Made by a program: the position numbers and the translations under genes. A stretch of 64,000 bases of DNA, taken from assembly GCA_038087875.1 (NCBI GenBank), contig CM075987.1, forward strand, positions 22,072,001-22,136,000, given 5' to 3'. Source of the stretch: Malacoraja senta. Its lineage: Eukaryota. The notes below the pieces were generated by a model that was given only the letters and a program-made list of their open reading frames with translations, was not told the DNA's origin and ran no database searches. Positions 24,430 through 37,059 of this stretch are shown one piece after another (positions within the stretch are counted from its first letter, which is position 1; each line of letters opens with the position of its first letter).

Positions 24430-25320
24430 CCGCTTGAATATCCTCTGATGGATGCAGGTCAGGAGGAAGTACACGAGATGAAGAGGAATGAGCTATGAAG
24501 ATATTTGGAAACCCGATTAATAATTTAAAAATGGAATAAAATTGCTTAACTAAGCAATGTTTTCTAGGACAAGGGAATAAAAAATAATCTCAAGTTGTGG
24601 AGGACATAATGAACAAGGCTAACCAGGAAAATGCAAGAATAGTCAAGTCTAAAGAGAAGATAAGCAGAAGAGAAGCTTTCAAGGACAGATGAGCTGAGGC
24701 AATGATAGACGCAGCGATGTCAAATGTGGAAATGGTTGGTTTTTAATAATAATCAGGCTATGTGTACCAAAATTCACCTCAGAGTCAAACAAGACACTAA
24801 GGTTTGCAGCTTCAGCTATCTGTTAAACTTCAGATAATTGCCAGGAAATGGTCTGGAATCAGTAGCTTAGGAATAGAAATAGTGATAGGATGAAATGAAA
24901 TCTCTGCACAATGAGTGTTGAATGTGCCAGTCAGATAATGTTGGGTCAAACAAAGTGGTGGTGTAGTAGAACTGGATGTCAGCAAACTTTGTCTTCAAAT
25001 GATGTTGCCAGGCAATAGCACTGAATGGGAAATAGGAGGAGGATTAAGGATGGATTCTTTAAGAGTTACCAGGGGTAATAGTATGGATAATCAAAGAGAA
25101 GCCATTGTAGGTGAGTATCTGTCTTTGACTTTGCCCAGGCATTTCCCTGAGATCAGCTGGATAACCAGCAAGAGGCATTCAAGAAGGACAACATGGCCAA
25201 TCATGTCAAGGGAAGAACAGAGGTCAGGATGGAAGAGAAGGAATATATAACTTTTATCACAATCACACTGGATGTCCTCAGTGACTTGATCAGCTGTTTC
25301 AAAACTAATAGGGGTTGAAA
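24430..25320 (-). mobile_element. Degraded L2-like LINE
   Basis: Purine-rich + strand with L2-like reverse remnants (gagaagctttcaaggacagatgagctgaggc; cagagtcaaacaagacactaaggtt). Confidence 0.45.
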
Positions 25321-25587
25321 ACCCAGGTAGAAAGACACAGAATCACAGAATCAGTATGGCACGGAAAGATTTCCATGGCATTTGTACTGGCTTTATTCAG
25401 AACTATCCAGCTATTGTCACTTCATTGTACCTCTCCATGTAGCCTTGCAATTTTATTTTTTATTTCAGATTCTTACGCAGCTTCCTTTGAATACTACAAT
25501 TAAATTTCCCTCCCTACCACCAAAGATAAGGCATGTAAATAAGTTCCAGATCAATGATTAGTAGTTCCTTCAAATATCACTCTCCTA

Positions 25588-25668
25588 TCTTCTTCTTGCG
25601 AATGAAACATAAACCAAAGGAATAGTTAGTTCTCAAGCCAGGTGTTGAGCAGCCAGGTTGTTGTCTCC
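25588..25668 (-). mobile_element. LINE 3' end with (AAG)n tail (RTE/RTEX-like); second copy at 42851-42928
   Basis: tcttcttgcgaatgaaacataaaccaaaggaatagttag...gccaggttgttgtctc occurs twice in the window. The minus strand ends ...TTCGCAAGAAGAAGA. Confidence 0.6.
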
Positions 25669-26149
25669 TATGAGATGAGATGAACAGTGTCTCAAGTCAT
25701 AGAAAAAGCTATTCAGACCTTCCATTCACAGCAACTTTCAAGAACCTGCCAGATGGACACATGTCACAGGTTCAGAAACCCTTTTGGGGGCATTTCATGC
25801 TCCACAACAACTGGAGGAAAGCTTCAGCAGAAAATCTCTTTACAAATACCTTGCAACTTATTCAACACCTGAGCAACTGAGCTTCAATGTGCCCTGGAGC
25901 ATGTGGACAACACTGAACAGGATAAGGGCTTGTTGTGCACCGGGATAACTGATGATGCATCTTAGAACTTCACCTGTATAAACCTGAGGGAGCCTTGATC
26001 AAACCAGGGGTAAATAATAATATCCTGCCCCAACACAAGACAAAGTCACTAGTTACGTTTGCTTTCTAGTAGAACATTAGAATGATTAGTGTAATTGAGT
26101 TTAAAATTATAATGACAGATTCTGCACATAATTATATATAAAAAAGATC

Positions 26150-26727
26150 CATAGATACATAGACAATAGGTGCAGGAGTAGGGCATTCGGCCCTTCGTGC
26201 CGGCACCGCCATTCAATGTGATCATAGCTGATCATCCACAATCAGTACCCCGTTCCTGCCTTCTCCCCATACCCCTTGATTCCTCTAGCCCTGAGCTTTA
26301 TCTAACTCTCTTTTGAATGCATCCAATGAATCACTACTCTTTGTTTCCTGTCTGCCAACCAATTTTTTATCCATGTCAATACCCTACCCCCAATACTATG
26401 TGCTCTAATTTTGCCCACTAATCTCCTGTGTGGGACCTTATCAAAGGCTTTCTGAAAGTCCAGGTACACTACATCCACTCCCTTGTCCATTTTACTTGTT
26501 ACATCCTCAAAAAATTCCAGAAGATTTGCCAAGTTTGATTTCCCCTTCGTAAATCCATGCTGACTTGTACCGATCCTGTTACTGCTATCCAATTGCACCG
26601 CTATTACATCTTTGATAATCGACTCCAGCATCTTCCCCACCACGGATGTCAGACTAACTGGTCTATAATTCCCTGCTTTCTCTCTCCCTCCTTTCTTGAA
26701 AAGTGGGATAACATTAGCTACCCTCCA
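26150..26727 (-). mobile_element. CR1 LINE fragment with a large internal deletion
   Basis: Minus-strand RT region (SQHGFTKGKS..LLEFFE..VYLDFQKAFDKVPH) is fused at ~26330 directly to the extreme 3' end and tail. Confidence 0.85.
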
Positions 26728-26759
26728 ATATTATTAGTAATATGAAAGGAAGACTCTGC

Positions 26760-27945
26760 AACAATGCTACTGGGCAGCCTTGGTCCAAAATATAGATAGG
26801 GAGATGAATTACAGAGGAGAGGTAGAAGTCTCTGTCCTTGAGGCAGCATTTGACTGAGTATGATATCAAGAAGCCCAAATTAAAATTGAACTAATTTAAT
26901 TGGGAACGAAAGTCTCAAATGGCTGGATATATACCCAGCACAATGGGAAATGAATATGGTTGATGGAGATCAATCATTTCAACCCCAGATCATCTCAACT
27001 CAAGAACATTGCTCGAGGAGTCCCTTAACACAGATCTTATTCCAACCACTTTTTGCTGCTTCATAAATGATCTTCTTGCTATGAAAAATGATAGGGGTGT
27101 TTGCTAATAGTTGCAGAGTTTGGTTCCTCTCTCAACTGTTCACATAATGAATCAATCTGAGTCTGCTTATAGCAAGACCTGAATAACATTCAGGCATGGG
27201 CTGGGGAGCAGCACATTATCTTCGTGGAGCATAAACGCCATGCAATGACACTGGAAATTACTGGAAGTACACTGCGGGTCGGGCAGCATCCTGTGGAAAG
27301 AGAAATAATTAATGCTTCAGGTTCAGAACCCTTCATCTGATGAAAGGTTCAGGACTTAAAATGTTAACTGGTTCTCTTTCCACAGATGCTGCTGGACGTT
27401 CTGAGCGTTTCCTGCATTTTCTGTTTTTATTTACGTTTTACATTAGTTAGCCAATCCATTATCCATATTCTTATACATTTTACATAAGCCTATGTCCTCA
27501 ATTCTGTGTACATTTTATGTTTTACAATATGAAATGCCTTTTGGAAATGAAAATATACTGTATTTACTAGCTTCCATTGTGTAACTCCATATTTCATCCT
27601 CAAAGAATTCCAATAAGATTGACAAACGTGATTTTCCTTTTATAAAACCACACTGGTTTTGCTGCTACTCCCTTCATAATGGATTCATCTCCTACCTCCC
27701 TAAACCACCTATAAAGCACAAGCTAGGAGTGCGATGGAATGATTTTCTCTTGCCTGATAAAGTGCAGCTGCAATAACACTCAAGAAGCTTGACACCATCC
27801 AAAACAAAGTAGCTCACTTGATGCACTGCCTCTACCACGAGCACACTCTGGACGCAGCACTTCATCCATGTGATGCAGTGGAATAACTTACCAAGGATTC
27901 TTTAGCATAAATTCCCTTAGAAAGTCAAGGGCAACAGGTACATAG
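26760..27945 (+). mobile_element. Old L2/CR1-group LINE RT remnants, interrupted by a Penelope foldback
   Basis: Remnants resembling AAFDRVW (~26845), GVPQGS (~27020), FADD (~27100) and RSVMEYSPLAW..TLKKLDTIQ (27720-27810). Confidence 0.55.
27250..27432. repeat. ~180-bp palindrome made of two Penelope-like termini joined at the hammerhead core
   Basis: cagcatcctgtggaaagaga..ttaatgcttcagg..cttcatc | ctgatgaaagg..aaatgttaac..tctctttccacagatgctgc. Confidence 0.7.
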
Positions 27946-30599
27946 CAGCAATGGATTCTGAAATGAAGGAAAACAGACAAACTCTGAATCAGAAGGAATT
28001 CGAGTAATATTCTTACGGAGTTAATATCCAAATCAAGCACACATGGAAACTCATCCTATTAATTGTAAACTTGTCTCATTACATCCTTTCTTAAGCTAGG
28101 ATGTAATCCTGATATTGCAACCCAGCTCATTGTGGATTTTGTACTTCTTTTTAATCTGTACTTTCTTTGTAACTGTAACTTTGTCCATGTAATGGTAACA
28201 CCATAACACTGCATTCTGGTATTTTCCTTTTTGAATTTCCTGTTGTACTTGTGTATGGCTTGATTGTATTAATGTATGGTATGGCTCAACTGGACAGCAC
28301 ACAAAGTTTTTCACTGTATCTCAGAATACACAATAATCAACCAAACCAAACATATCTGTACTTTGTTTGTTTAAGGGTATGAATCAGTGTGTAACTCTCT
28401 ATGTGTAATGGCAAATTTCCAACTTATCCAGTGACCTCTTTCCCAGTTGCCATTACTCCGCAGGTAAGTAGGAGTGATCTTACGCAGACCTAATAGAACA
28501 GATCTTCCTGTCATTATTTCCAGTTTAATTGGTTGTTTATTGAAGTAGTTGTACAAACAAAGAGATGAATGTATCAGGTATTCCTTATACTGCATGCAAG
28601 TTGTAGCTGGCTGTTCTGTCCCTGGTCTGGTGAGAACTGTATGCTCTCTCTCCCTGTGTCTGTCACTTCCTGTCCCCTATGCCCATATAAATACGCCACT
28701 CCGTGCATCTCTGACCGCCCCCCAAGGGTCCAAGATATACCTAGACAAAATAATATAATATGCTAACAGAAGCTAGCCTCAACATAAATGGCTCCTACAG
28801 TATGTTTGCACCCGTTAGCAAAGATCGGATCATGTTTTGCTGTGCACAACTGAACAGTTGGTGAAGACTCATTGTCAAGTTCCACCATTCACAGCACCTG
28901 AAGAGGGAACATGGAGATGATATGCAGGGTTATCTTCATCTGCCTCAGTTCACAATCTTTGCTGCATGGTTGAATTTACAAGCATTTTCAAACTGCAGGA
29001 GGAGCTATTCAATTGATCACTCAGTGGGCTTCTGGCAGCTCTTACAGAATGGTTGGGAGTAGGTTCCTTGCTAATTTTCTCTTGAGCTTGACCGACAGTC
29101 CAAGAAGACAGAAGGGAAAGGAAGGGAATTTGTACGTAACCTGGCTGCCATGTTTCCCACAATGGTGGCTACAATTCAACTGTACCTCATTGTTGTAAAA
29201 AGCACTGAAAAATCCTGACCAATGCCCTTGCAGCTCTGAGCTGTGGAAACGATCCAATTCATTTTTAGGTCCTTTTGGTAATGCTTTATTATGGATAAAT
29301 ATTCATTCTTAGTTAAGTACACCATTAATTGCTATGCTCTTTTGGGGCTTTTCAATTTGGTTATTCTCCTTGTGCATTAAGAAAAACCTAATGTATCCTG
29401 TGGTTTACTATACAATTGAAGATAAGTACATCAATGACAGGCTATGTCCTTCCTGTATCCCCTTTTCCAAAGAAAACAAGTCAGAACAGCAACAACTTGA
29501 TTTTAAATACCATTTCTAATATAATGAAATGTTTTAAGCCTCTTTATAGGAGTTGTGTGTGTACAGGAATTAAACATTTTAAGCATTTGTAAGGGCAATT
29601 TATGAGGCAAATGTTTCTGTACATTTTCGAAATGATTATTTGGCAGGATGGGGCAGGGTATCTCTGCTTGATAATGTTTTATTATTAACTTTTAATGTTT
29701 TATGTGTCATTCCTAACTGTTACTGTATGTCATGTTGTCACTTGCTGGCGGAGCACCAAGGCAAATTCCCTGTATGTGAATACTTGGCCAATAAACTTAT
29801 TCATTCATTCTTACCCCTCCTTCACACATCCTGGTGTCAAACCGTTTCTGGGATAGGAAGGGAGGTTAAGGAATAAGGTTTGGGGTAGAATAAATTGTTT
29901 CAGTCTTTCTTAAATTTAGTATTTTATTTTTGTGGGAAACTTTAACACATCCCAGTTGGACATTTGATAAGTAGTGTAACATATTTAAGATAATGCAGAG
30001 ATGTGATGACAAGATTACTGTGAATGCCTGGAAAACATGTAGATGAGAAATAGAAAGAGACCTTATAAAATAAACAGTAAAGAATTTGATAGGGTTTGCT
30101 CTTTTTTTGGTGTGAAAATTGAGCATTTACGGTGAACTGACTTAAATTTAAGAAAAGGTTAACAGAAGTGACCATGCAATATTCATAAACTGAAGAGTTT
30201 ATATACAATAGAGAATCACTTAACACGAAGAAGTTAGTTGAAAAATGTATCAAGCAAAGATTTTCATCTAAAGTTTAAACAACTTGTGGAATATGTTAAC
30301 GGGGGAGTGTATCACAACAGGCAGTTTAAAAGCATTATAGAAGCAATTGAGTTGAGATAGAAAGGATTGAGAGATATTTTGAGAAGATGAAAACGTTTAT
30401 CAACCTTTTCTTTTTCTTTAACATAACATTTTGAATTGATTCTTAATCGTTTTAAAGAACATTGACAAAATTAGCTGAAGTATAGTAGAAGTTAGCTCAT
30501 GTGGAGTATATCCCTAGTTTTACTGTTGAAAATATCAATGTAATTTCTTTATATGGCATTTTTGCACTTCACAGAAGCAATCAAATAAGATTGTTTGGT

Positions 30600-32050
30600 A
30601 TCTTTCTCATTTGTGGCAGTTTGCAACATTTTCATCTGCATCTCGTGTTTGCTTCGTGATGGCGTCCAAGCTGTGATCTTAGTCAAAGAATCCACAACAG
30701 ACCCAATCTTGTGTGAACTGGCATCAAGCAGGGCTGCGTCACTATTCCGAAATCTTTCTCAATCTTACTTGCTGCAATGCTGTAAGCTACCTCAAGCTTC
30801 TGGCTGGAGTGGAACTAATCTACAGGACAAATGGGAAATGTTCATCCCTTGTTGCCTCCACTCCAATACCAAGGTCACTTCAACCTCGCCCGTAAGTTGT
30901 TTCACCTAGATCACACTTGCTCATGTGCACCTTCTGAGAAGAAGCTCCAAGTTGATGACTCTTTTACTGCAGCACGAGAGAACATGGACTTCACACTTTT
31001 CATCTATAAAATAAACACTGCCTTTAGACAGTAGATAATCCATAATGAGATCCTGGGAAAGATGGACTACCTCTTATATCTGTAAAGACTCCTCACAATC
31101 AAGGTAGACACTGATTATGAAATTTACCAATGGGAGTCTGAGGAATAAAGTGTTGAACCTCCAAACTGATATAAAGTGCACCGTCTAGTGGGGAACACGG
31201 ACCCCTTTCCTGCTGTATACTTCTGAGATGTGGATTAATTCCACCAGGCACCTCAAAGCACTGGAGAGACACCACCAAACGAACACAAAGTGTTGGAATA
31301 ACTCAGCGGGTCGGCAGCATTTCTGGAGAAGATTGATAGGTGATGTTTTGGGTCGGGCCCTTCTTCAAACTGATTGTAGGGGAGGGAGTGTGAAGAAATC
31401 TGGGAGAGAGGAGAGGCAGAACAATGCATGGTTGCTATGGGCACTTGCATCGGCTCCAGCTATGCCCGCCTTTTCGTCGGTTATGTCGAACAGTCCTTGT
31501 CTCAGGCGTACATTGGCAACATCCCCAACTCTTTGTGTCCTTTTGTGTCAAGCAGCATCTGCAGTTCTTTGTTTCCACACAGAGATACCATATCTCTGCA
31601 AAATCATCCAAATACACTGGTAGAATAAGCAAACCAACATCAGTGGCATTTTGATGCCCAAAACTCAATTGGTTCCCATGAGACACATTGTTTGCCTGAT
31701 CCGGTATTCTTGAAACAGATATCCTATTCTGAACATTGTCATGGCAAGAGAATTACCTGAGTACAAATGTTACATTTTAAGGATTTTTTTTAAAGCTTCC
31801 TTGAAAAAGTGTATTATCCCCACTGAGTTGTGGGAATCTTTAGCCCATGGCCACTTAACATAAAGGGCATTTGGAAACACATTAAGACCATAAAGACCAC
31901 ATGTTAAGACCACTCAGAAAATCGGTGGGGATGGTGCAAGGAGTCCACCCATTCACAAACCACCTGCATACTTCCTGTCACCTACTTCATCTGCGACAGT
32001 GATTAAGGATCCCACATTGGTTAGGAACCTCAGTGCAAGGAAGTCATCCT
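30600..32050 (+). mobile_element. Degraded RTE-clade LINE
   Basis: TGIKQGCV (RT motif, ~30718) and GVELIYRTNGK. RTE-like C-terminal remnants resume after the Penelope insertion at 31280-31580. Confidence 0.7.
31280..31580. mobile_element. Penelope-like insertion: minus-strand terminus plus a plus-strand RT fragment
   Basis: VAMGTCIGSSYARLFVGYVEQSL (31430-31500) resembles the PLE RT motif. The inverted terminus carries a degenerate hammerhead at 31340-31375. Confidence 0.75.
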
Positions 32051-33049
32051 TAATTCTGAAGGACTGCGAAGATGAAGAATTTCTGCACTCAGTCAGTGCT
32101 ATCAACATCCTTTTGAAGCTATGCAGCCCTCTACAAATAATAATGCAAATCTGACCCAGTTAAGAATTGCTCATGATAGGCATTCTAGTTACTACTCAGT
32201 CTGGCTGATAACAACTTAATGTGAATGAGATGCACATAATGAGTGAATAATAATCAGATATATTTCCTTTTTCCCTTTTTTACTCATGCATACCATCATT
32301 GTGTTCACCTTTGACATTTACCATACCTGGCTCATAACTTGTTAGTAATCTGTGTTGAACTAAAATGCAGCTCCATCAATTCGCTTGGGCTCTTTGAATG
32401 CTGTTAGTCTCTGGGCTCCCAATCTCCCGATTGTGCCGATATATCTAACTGTGCATTACATGTGCAGAGAAAATTTCTTCTGCGGATTGTTACTTCCTTG
32501 CTGTAAATCAAACATTTTTCTTCATGAATATTTCAGATTCCTGAACTTTTTGATGTTTTTTCTTCTAAAAATATTTTTATTCCCTTCACATTTTCACCTC
32601 CCCCATCCCTAACAACAGCCGTTTTTCCTTGAGCTGGTAAATTATGCTTGAGTATGATTTCCGAGGGGCTTCTGTGACCTTTGGAGGCCTGTCCAAGTGG
32701 CCATTTGGTATTGCAGAATCATGGAATTGTACAGCACACTGGGAGACAATTTGGACCATTGTGCTTGTACTGGTTCTTTGAAGGAACTACCCAATTAATT
32801 CCAATTCCCTCTCTCTTGCCCCGCAAATGACTTTCTGAGCATTTATCCCATTCTCATTTGAAAGATATGTTTGAATCAGCTACTACACCCTTTCAAACAA
32901 TAAATCATGGATCATGACAATTTGTTGACTGAAATTATCTTATTTTTCCCTCTGAGTGTTGTTGCAAATTATCTTAAACTATGTCATGCTCAGCCACACC
33001 ATTACAAGAGGGAATAGTATCTCAATAATTCGATCAATATTCCCTATAA

Positions 33050-33520
33050 TTTCCCAATTTTCTATCCAATACTTTGTTGTCTGGTGTCCTAATTTCACAC
33101 TCTCCATAAACTTTAACGTAGAAAGCTCTGTAGCTTGTATTCTAATTTGCATCAATTCCCAATTCCCCCTCACCCCTGAGTTTGTTGACCTACATTGGTT
33201 GTCAATGCTTTGAGTTTAAAATTCTTATCTTGATTTCAAATCACTCCATGTCTTTTGCCAATCCCTTTCTCTGTAACTTCCTCCAGCCCCATAATCTTTT
33301 GAGATGTACATTTCTGGCCTCCCATGAATTTCCTTATTATTTGGAAGCTTTTTCTTCAACTGCCCAGGTCCTAAGCTCTATATATTCCTGCCACCTCCAC
33401 CATGCCATGTGTCTTTCTACTATTCTCTCCTTTGTTAAGGTTTTAACCTTTAGAAACAATATCATTTTGTGGACTTGCCAGAACATGCCATTTAAAGCAC
33501 AATTGTGTGGCTCAATGAGT
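33050..33520 (+). mobile_element. L2-like LINE 3' remnant
   Basis: LHWL..FKILIL.FKSLH-like remnant at 33190-33250. Confidence 0.5.
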
Positions 33521-35139
33521 CCAACACTTGCGATACATATGTGAATACTTGCGATTCCCATTACCCATTTTTAGCCACATCACCATTATGTCTTCATATG
33601 CTTTTCTTTCTGATATGTTTATTTTGTTTTCTTTAAATATATCACTTTATTTACTTCAACTACCCCTTATTATTGTCACCTCCACAATTAGTAAACATTC
33701 TAGTAAAAGATTTTCTCCTGACTTCCCATGAGATTTGTTAGTGACTATTTCATATTTTATATTCATGGCCCATAGTTCTAGTCTTGCTTATATGAAAAGG
33801 TTTCTGCGTCTACCATAACCAACACTTTCATAACATTAAAGTCTTCACCATGTCGCACTCATTCGTCACTTTCCTCAAGCTCATTCCACCTGGTTTCTAT
33901 TAGCTAAACTTTTCTATTTCCATTTAATCTCTTTTCACTTTTTCTTGCATTTTTGTGTCCTTTTATAATCCAAATGACCAGAACCATTTACATGCTTAAT
34001 GCGTAGTTTCACATAATTTTTCTGATCTTCAATTTTATCCTGTATTTTATGGTATAATTAATCTGTGTGGCTAACTTTAATTATTTGCATATCTGTCCCT
34101 CCTCACCCATGTAGACACTAATTTTCATAAGGTTTCTGTAATTGTGCCAACCAAAATGCTTTAACTTTGTCTGTTGTATCTGTTCTATACAGAAGTTAAA
34201 TTTGCCAATTTAATACTATTTCTGAAAGATTTTTCATATTTTCCCTGCAATTTGTTGGTCCTCTGAATAAAATGCAATTCCCAACATGGTGGATTCTTAA
34301 TATTTTAATTGTACAATCTAAAGTTTTAACTTTGATTTCCTATTTAAAGTAATTTACAGTGGACCAAGATTCCCTTGTAATACCATTTCCCGCCTTTTGC
34401 CAACTGAGTAACTGCCTTTGAACTATTCTGTTGGACAAGCCTGTTTTCAGTATTATAGCCAGCTTGACATATTTTCTAGTGATGAAATGTCCTTTTGTGT
34501 AAACTAGCATCTGCAGTTCCTCGATATGTTCTCTAGTTTTTTCCTTGATTCTAGAATTCATAATCTTACACGAGTGTACTATGTGCCATTTTATCCAAAT
34601 ATATACAATTACTGCATAACTCTTATACTTTCTGATACTTCTTTCAAGAATTCAGTAAGACTGCCTGCACTAGATTTTTCCCTTTGGAATCTGTGATTAT
34701 TACTCACTATTATATTTTCAGCTTCCTGATGTGTTTTTTATATATCTTTGGCTAAACATTCAAGTATTTTCCTGCTATTGACTTTAGTTCTTAAATAAAA
34801 TGTTAGATTTCCTCCAGTCCTATTGCTTTTTCCAATTAATTTTTATTGGAATCACCTTTTGTTAGATTAAACTGCTGCATTTTAACTTACAACATTTTGG
34901 AACATTATGAGATTTAAGATGGTAGATTCCAGAATTATATTTCCCTGAAACCTGGGGATCACAGGGGTCTTAAAATAACGATGGGCCAGTCAAGACAGAG
35001 ATGAGAAAAAAATCTTTGCTCAGAGGGCAATGAATCTTTGGAATTCTTTACCTAAGAGGGGTGTGTAGGCTGAGTTGCTGAGAATGTTCAAGGGAGTGAC
35101 TAAGAGATGTTTTGATATTAAAGGAATCAAGGTATTCAG

Positions 35140-35277
35140 TCTTCTTCTTCTTGCGTGTGGCGTGCACAGCCTAAAGTTGTAAGGTAACTTGTTCTGTTTG
35201 ATCTTCTGTTTGTGCACGCCAGGTTGATTGCATTCGTCGAAACAGGGTGGACCACGTGAAGGTTGCAATCTCCCACA
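35140..35277 (-). mobile_element. Short retroposon 3' end with (AAG)n tail inserted in a CR1 fossil
   Basis: Minus strand ends ...cacacgcaagaagaagaaga. Flanks are degraded CR1 3' sequence. Confidence 0.5.
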
Positions 35278-36621
35278 GCAAGGTGTTCAGTTAGTTCAGG
35301 GAAGTGGAAAGATCCGCCACAACGGAGGGTCTAAATGTCCCACTCCTGCATCTTCTGCTTTTATGTATGTGTTGGCTGCTGCAATGTTTGGAGAACATGA
35401 TAAATTAAATCAAGTTTAACTGGGCAAAGAGAGTCATAGGATAAACCTGAAACGTTAACTCTGTTTAAATCCCACAGATGAGTCCTGACCAGTTGTGCAT
35501 TTTCTGTTTTGACTTTAGATTCACAGCTATTTTGATTTTCAAAGAGGAGTACATTTGACTGGTTTTGCAAGCTCATTCAATGTTAGCATTAATGAAATTT
35601 CAGCAAGGCACAACTTTTAACTAAAGCGGTTTCCACTGAATGCCAGGAATGGACTAATGGGTAAATATTAGCAGGAACAGGCTGACCAGAGAGGCTAAGA
35701 ACTGGTAACAACTTTCAGAATCAGGAAAGTTGTTGTTGACAAGGTTTTTTTAACCTCAAACATTGAACATGCTTTCTCTCTTACAGATGCTGAGTGTCTT
35801 CAGCATTTTCTGTATTTATTTCAGATTTATAGCATCTGCATTAAAACAAATTATGTTATCTTGAGATATTAAGGTCAACCAGCAACATCCTTGCTGAACA
35901 TAATGAAAATTATTTATGTAGAGTTGTTGTCATACAGCATGGAAAAAGGGCCTTTGGCCCTATCCATCCTTACTGACCAAGATGCCCTATTCAAGCTAGT
36001 TCCATTTTCCCGTGCCTACCCCTTATCCCTCTAAACCTTACCTATCCATGTACCTGCCCAAATGTCTTTTAAATGTTGTTATTGAACCAGCCTCAATTAC
36101 TTCCTCCGGCAGTTTGTTTCATATACCCATCACCCACTATATGAAAAAGTAGCCCCTCGAGTTCCCATTGAAGTTCCCTTCAAGTTCCCTCTCATTTTAA
36201 ACCTTTACCTGTTTCAGAAGATGATCTATTGTACTCATTTATAGTACCATTTGACTGGATAGCATGCTCTCTGTTCACGTGACAATAAGCTAACTAACTA
36301 ACTAGAAGATAGACACAAAAAGCTGGAGTAACTCAGTGAGTCAGACAGCATCTCTGGAGAACTAACTAGTTCTTGATTCCCCTACCCTGGAAAAATGACG
36401 ATGGGCAATATAACTGGAATGCTTTTGAGTCTGAGTTGCATGGTACTTAAGGGGTACCAGTATCAGCACTGAGTCAAGCCTTTGCACAGTTTAGTGCCAA
36501 AATTAAATTATACGATGGACATTTGGGAGACCTCTGGCCCAACAACCATTCAGCATAAGTAGTTGGAGGGAATATGTAGTGCAGTCAAATTTGGGTGCAA
36601 AACTCTGAAAAGTCAGTTTGC

Positions 36622-37007
36622 GTGTAAGAAGCAACTGCAGATGCTGGTTTAATCCGAAGATAGACACAAAAAGCTGGAGTAACTCAGCAGGACAGGCAGC
36701 ATCTCTGGAGAGAAGGAATGGGTGACGTTTCGGGTCGAGACCCTTCTTCAGACTGAAGACAATTATGATGTTATCTTGAGATATTAAGGACAACCAGCAA
36801 CATCCTTGCTGAACACAAGGACAATTATTTATGTGGTTGTTGAGATACAGCATGGAAAAGGGGTCTTTGGCCCTATCCATCCATTCTGACCAAGATGCTC
36901 TATTCCAGCTAGTCCCAGACTGAAGAAGGGTCTCGACCCGAAAAGTCACCCATTCCTTCTCTCCAGATGCTGCCTGCCCCGCTGAGTTACTCCAGCTTTT
37001 TTGTGTC
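36622..37007. mobile_element. Head-to-head Penelope-like termini enclosing a duplicated ~150-bp local segment
   Basis: Minus copy at 36622-36755 and plus copy at 36916-37007, both starting at the hammerhead. The spacer 36769-36917 repeats 35853-36005. Confidence 0.8.
36721..36755 (-). ncRNA. Minimal type-I hammerhead ribozyme motif (PLE-associated)
   Basis: Minus strand: cagt CTGAAGA a GGGTC tc GACCC GAAA CG TC acc. Conserved core, 5-bp stem II, palindromic ACGT stem III and a GUC cleavage triplet. Confidence 0.7.
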
Positions 37008-37059
37008 AGTTTGTGGTTGGTATATAAAGTGGTCGCCAAACATGGACTTGCTGAGGGTT

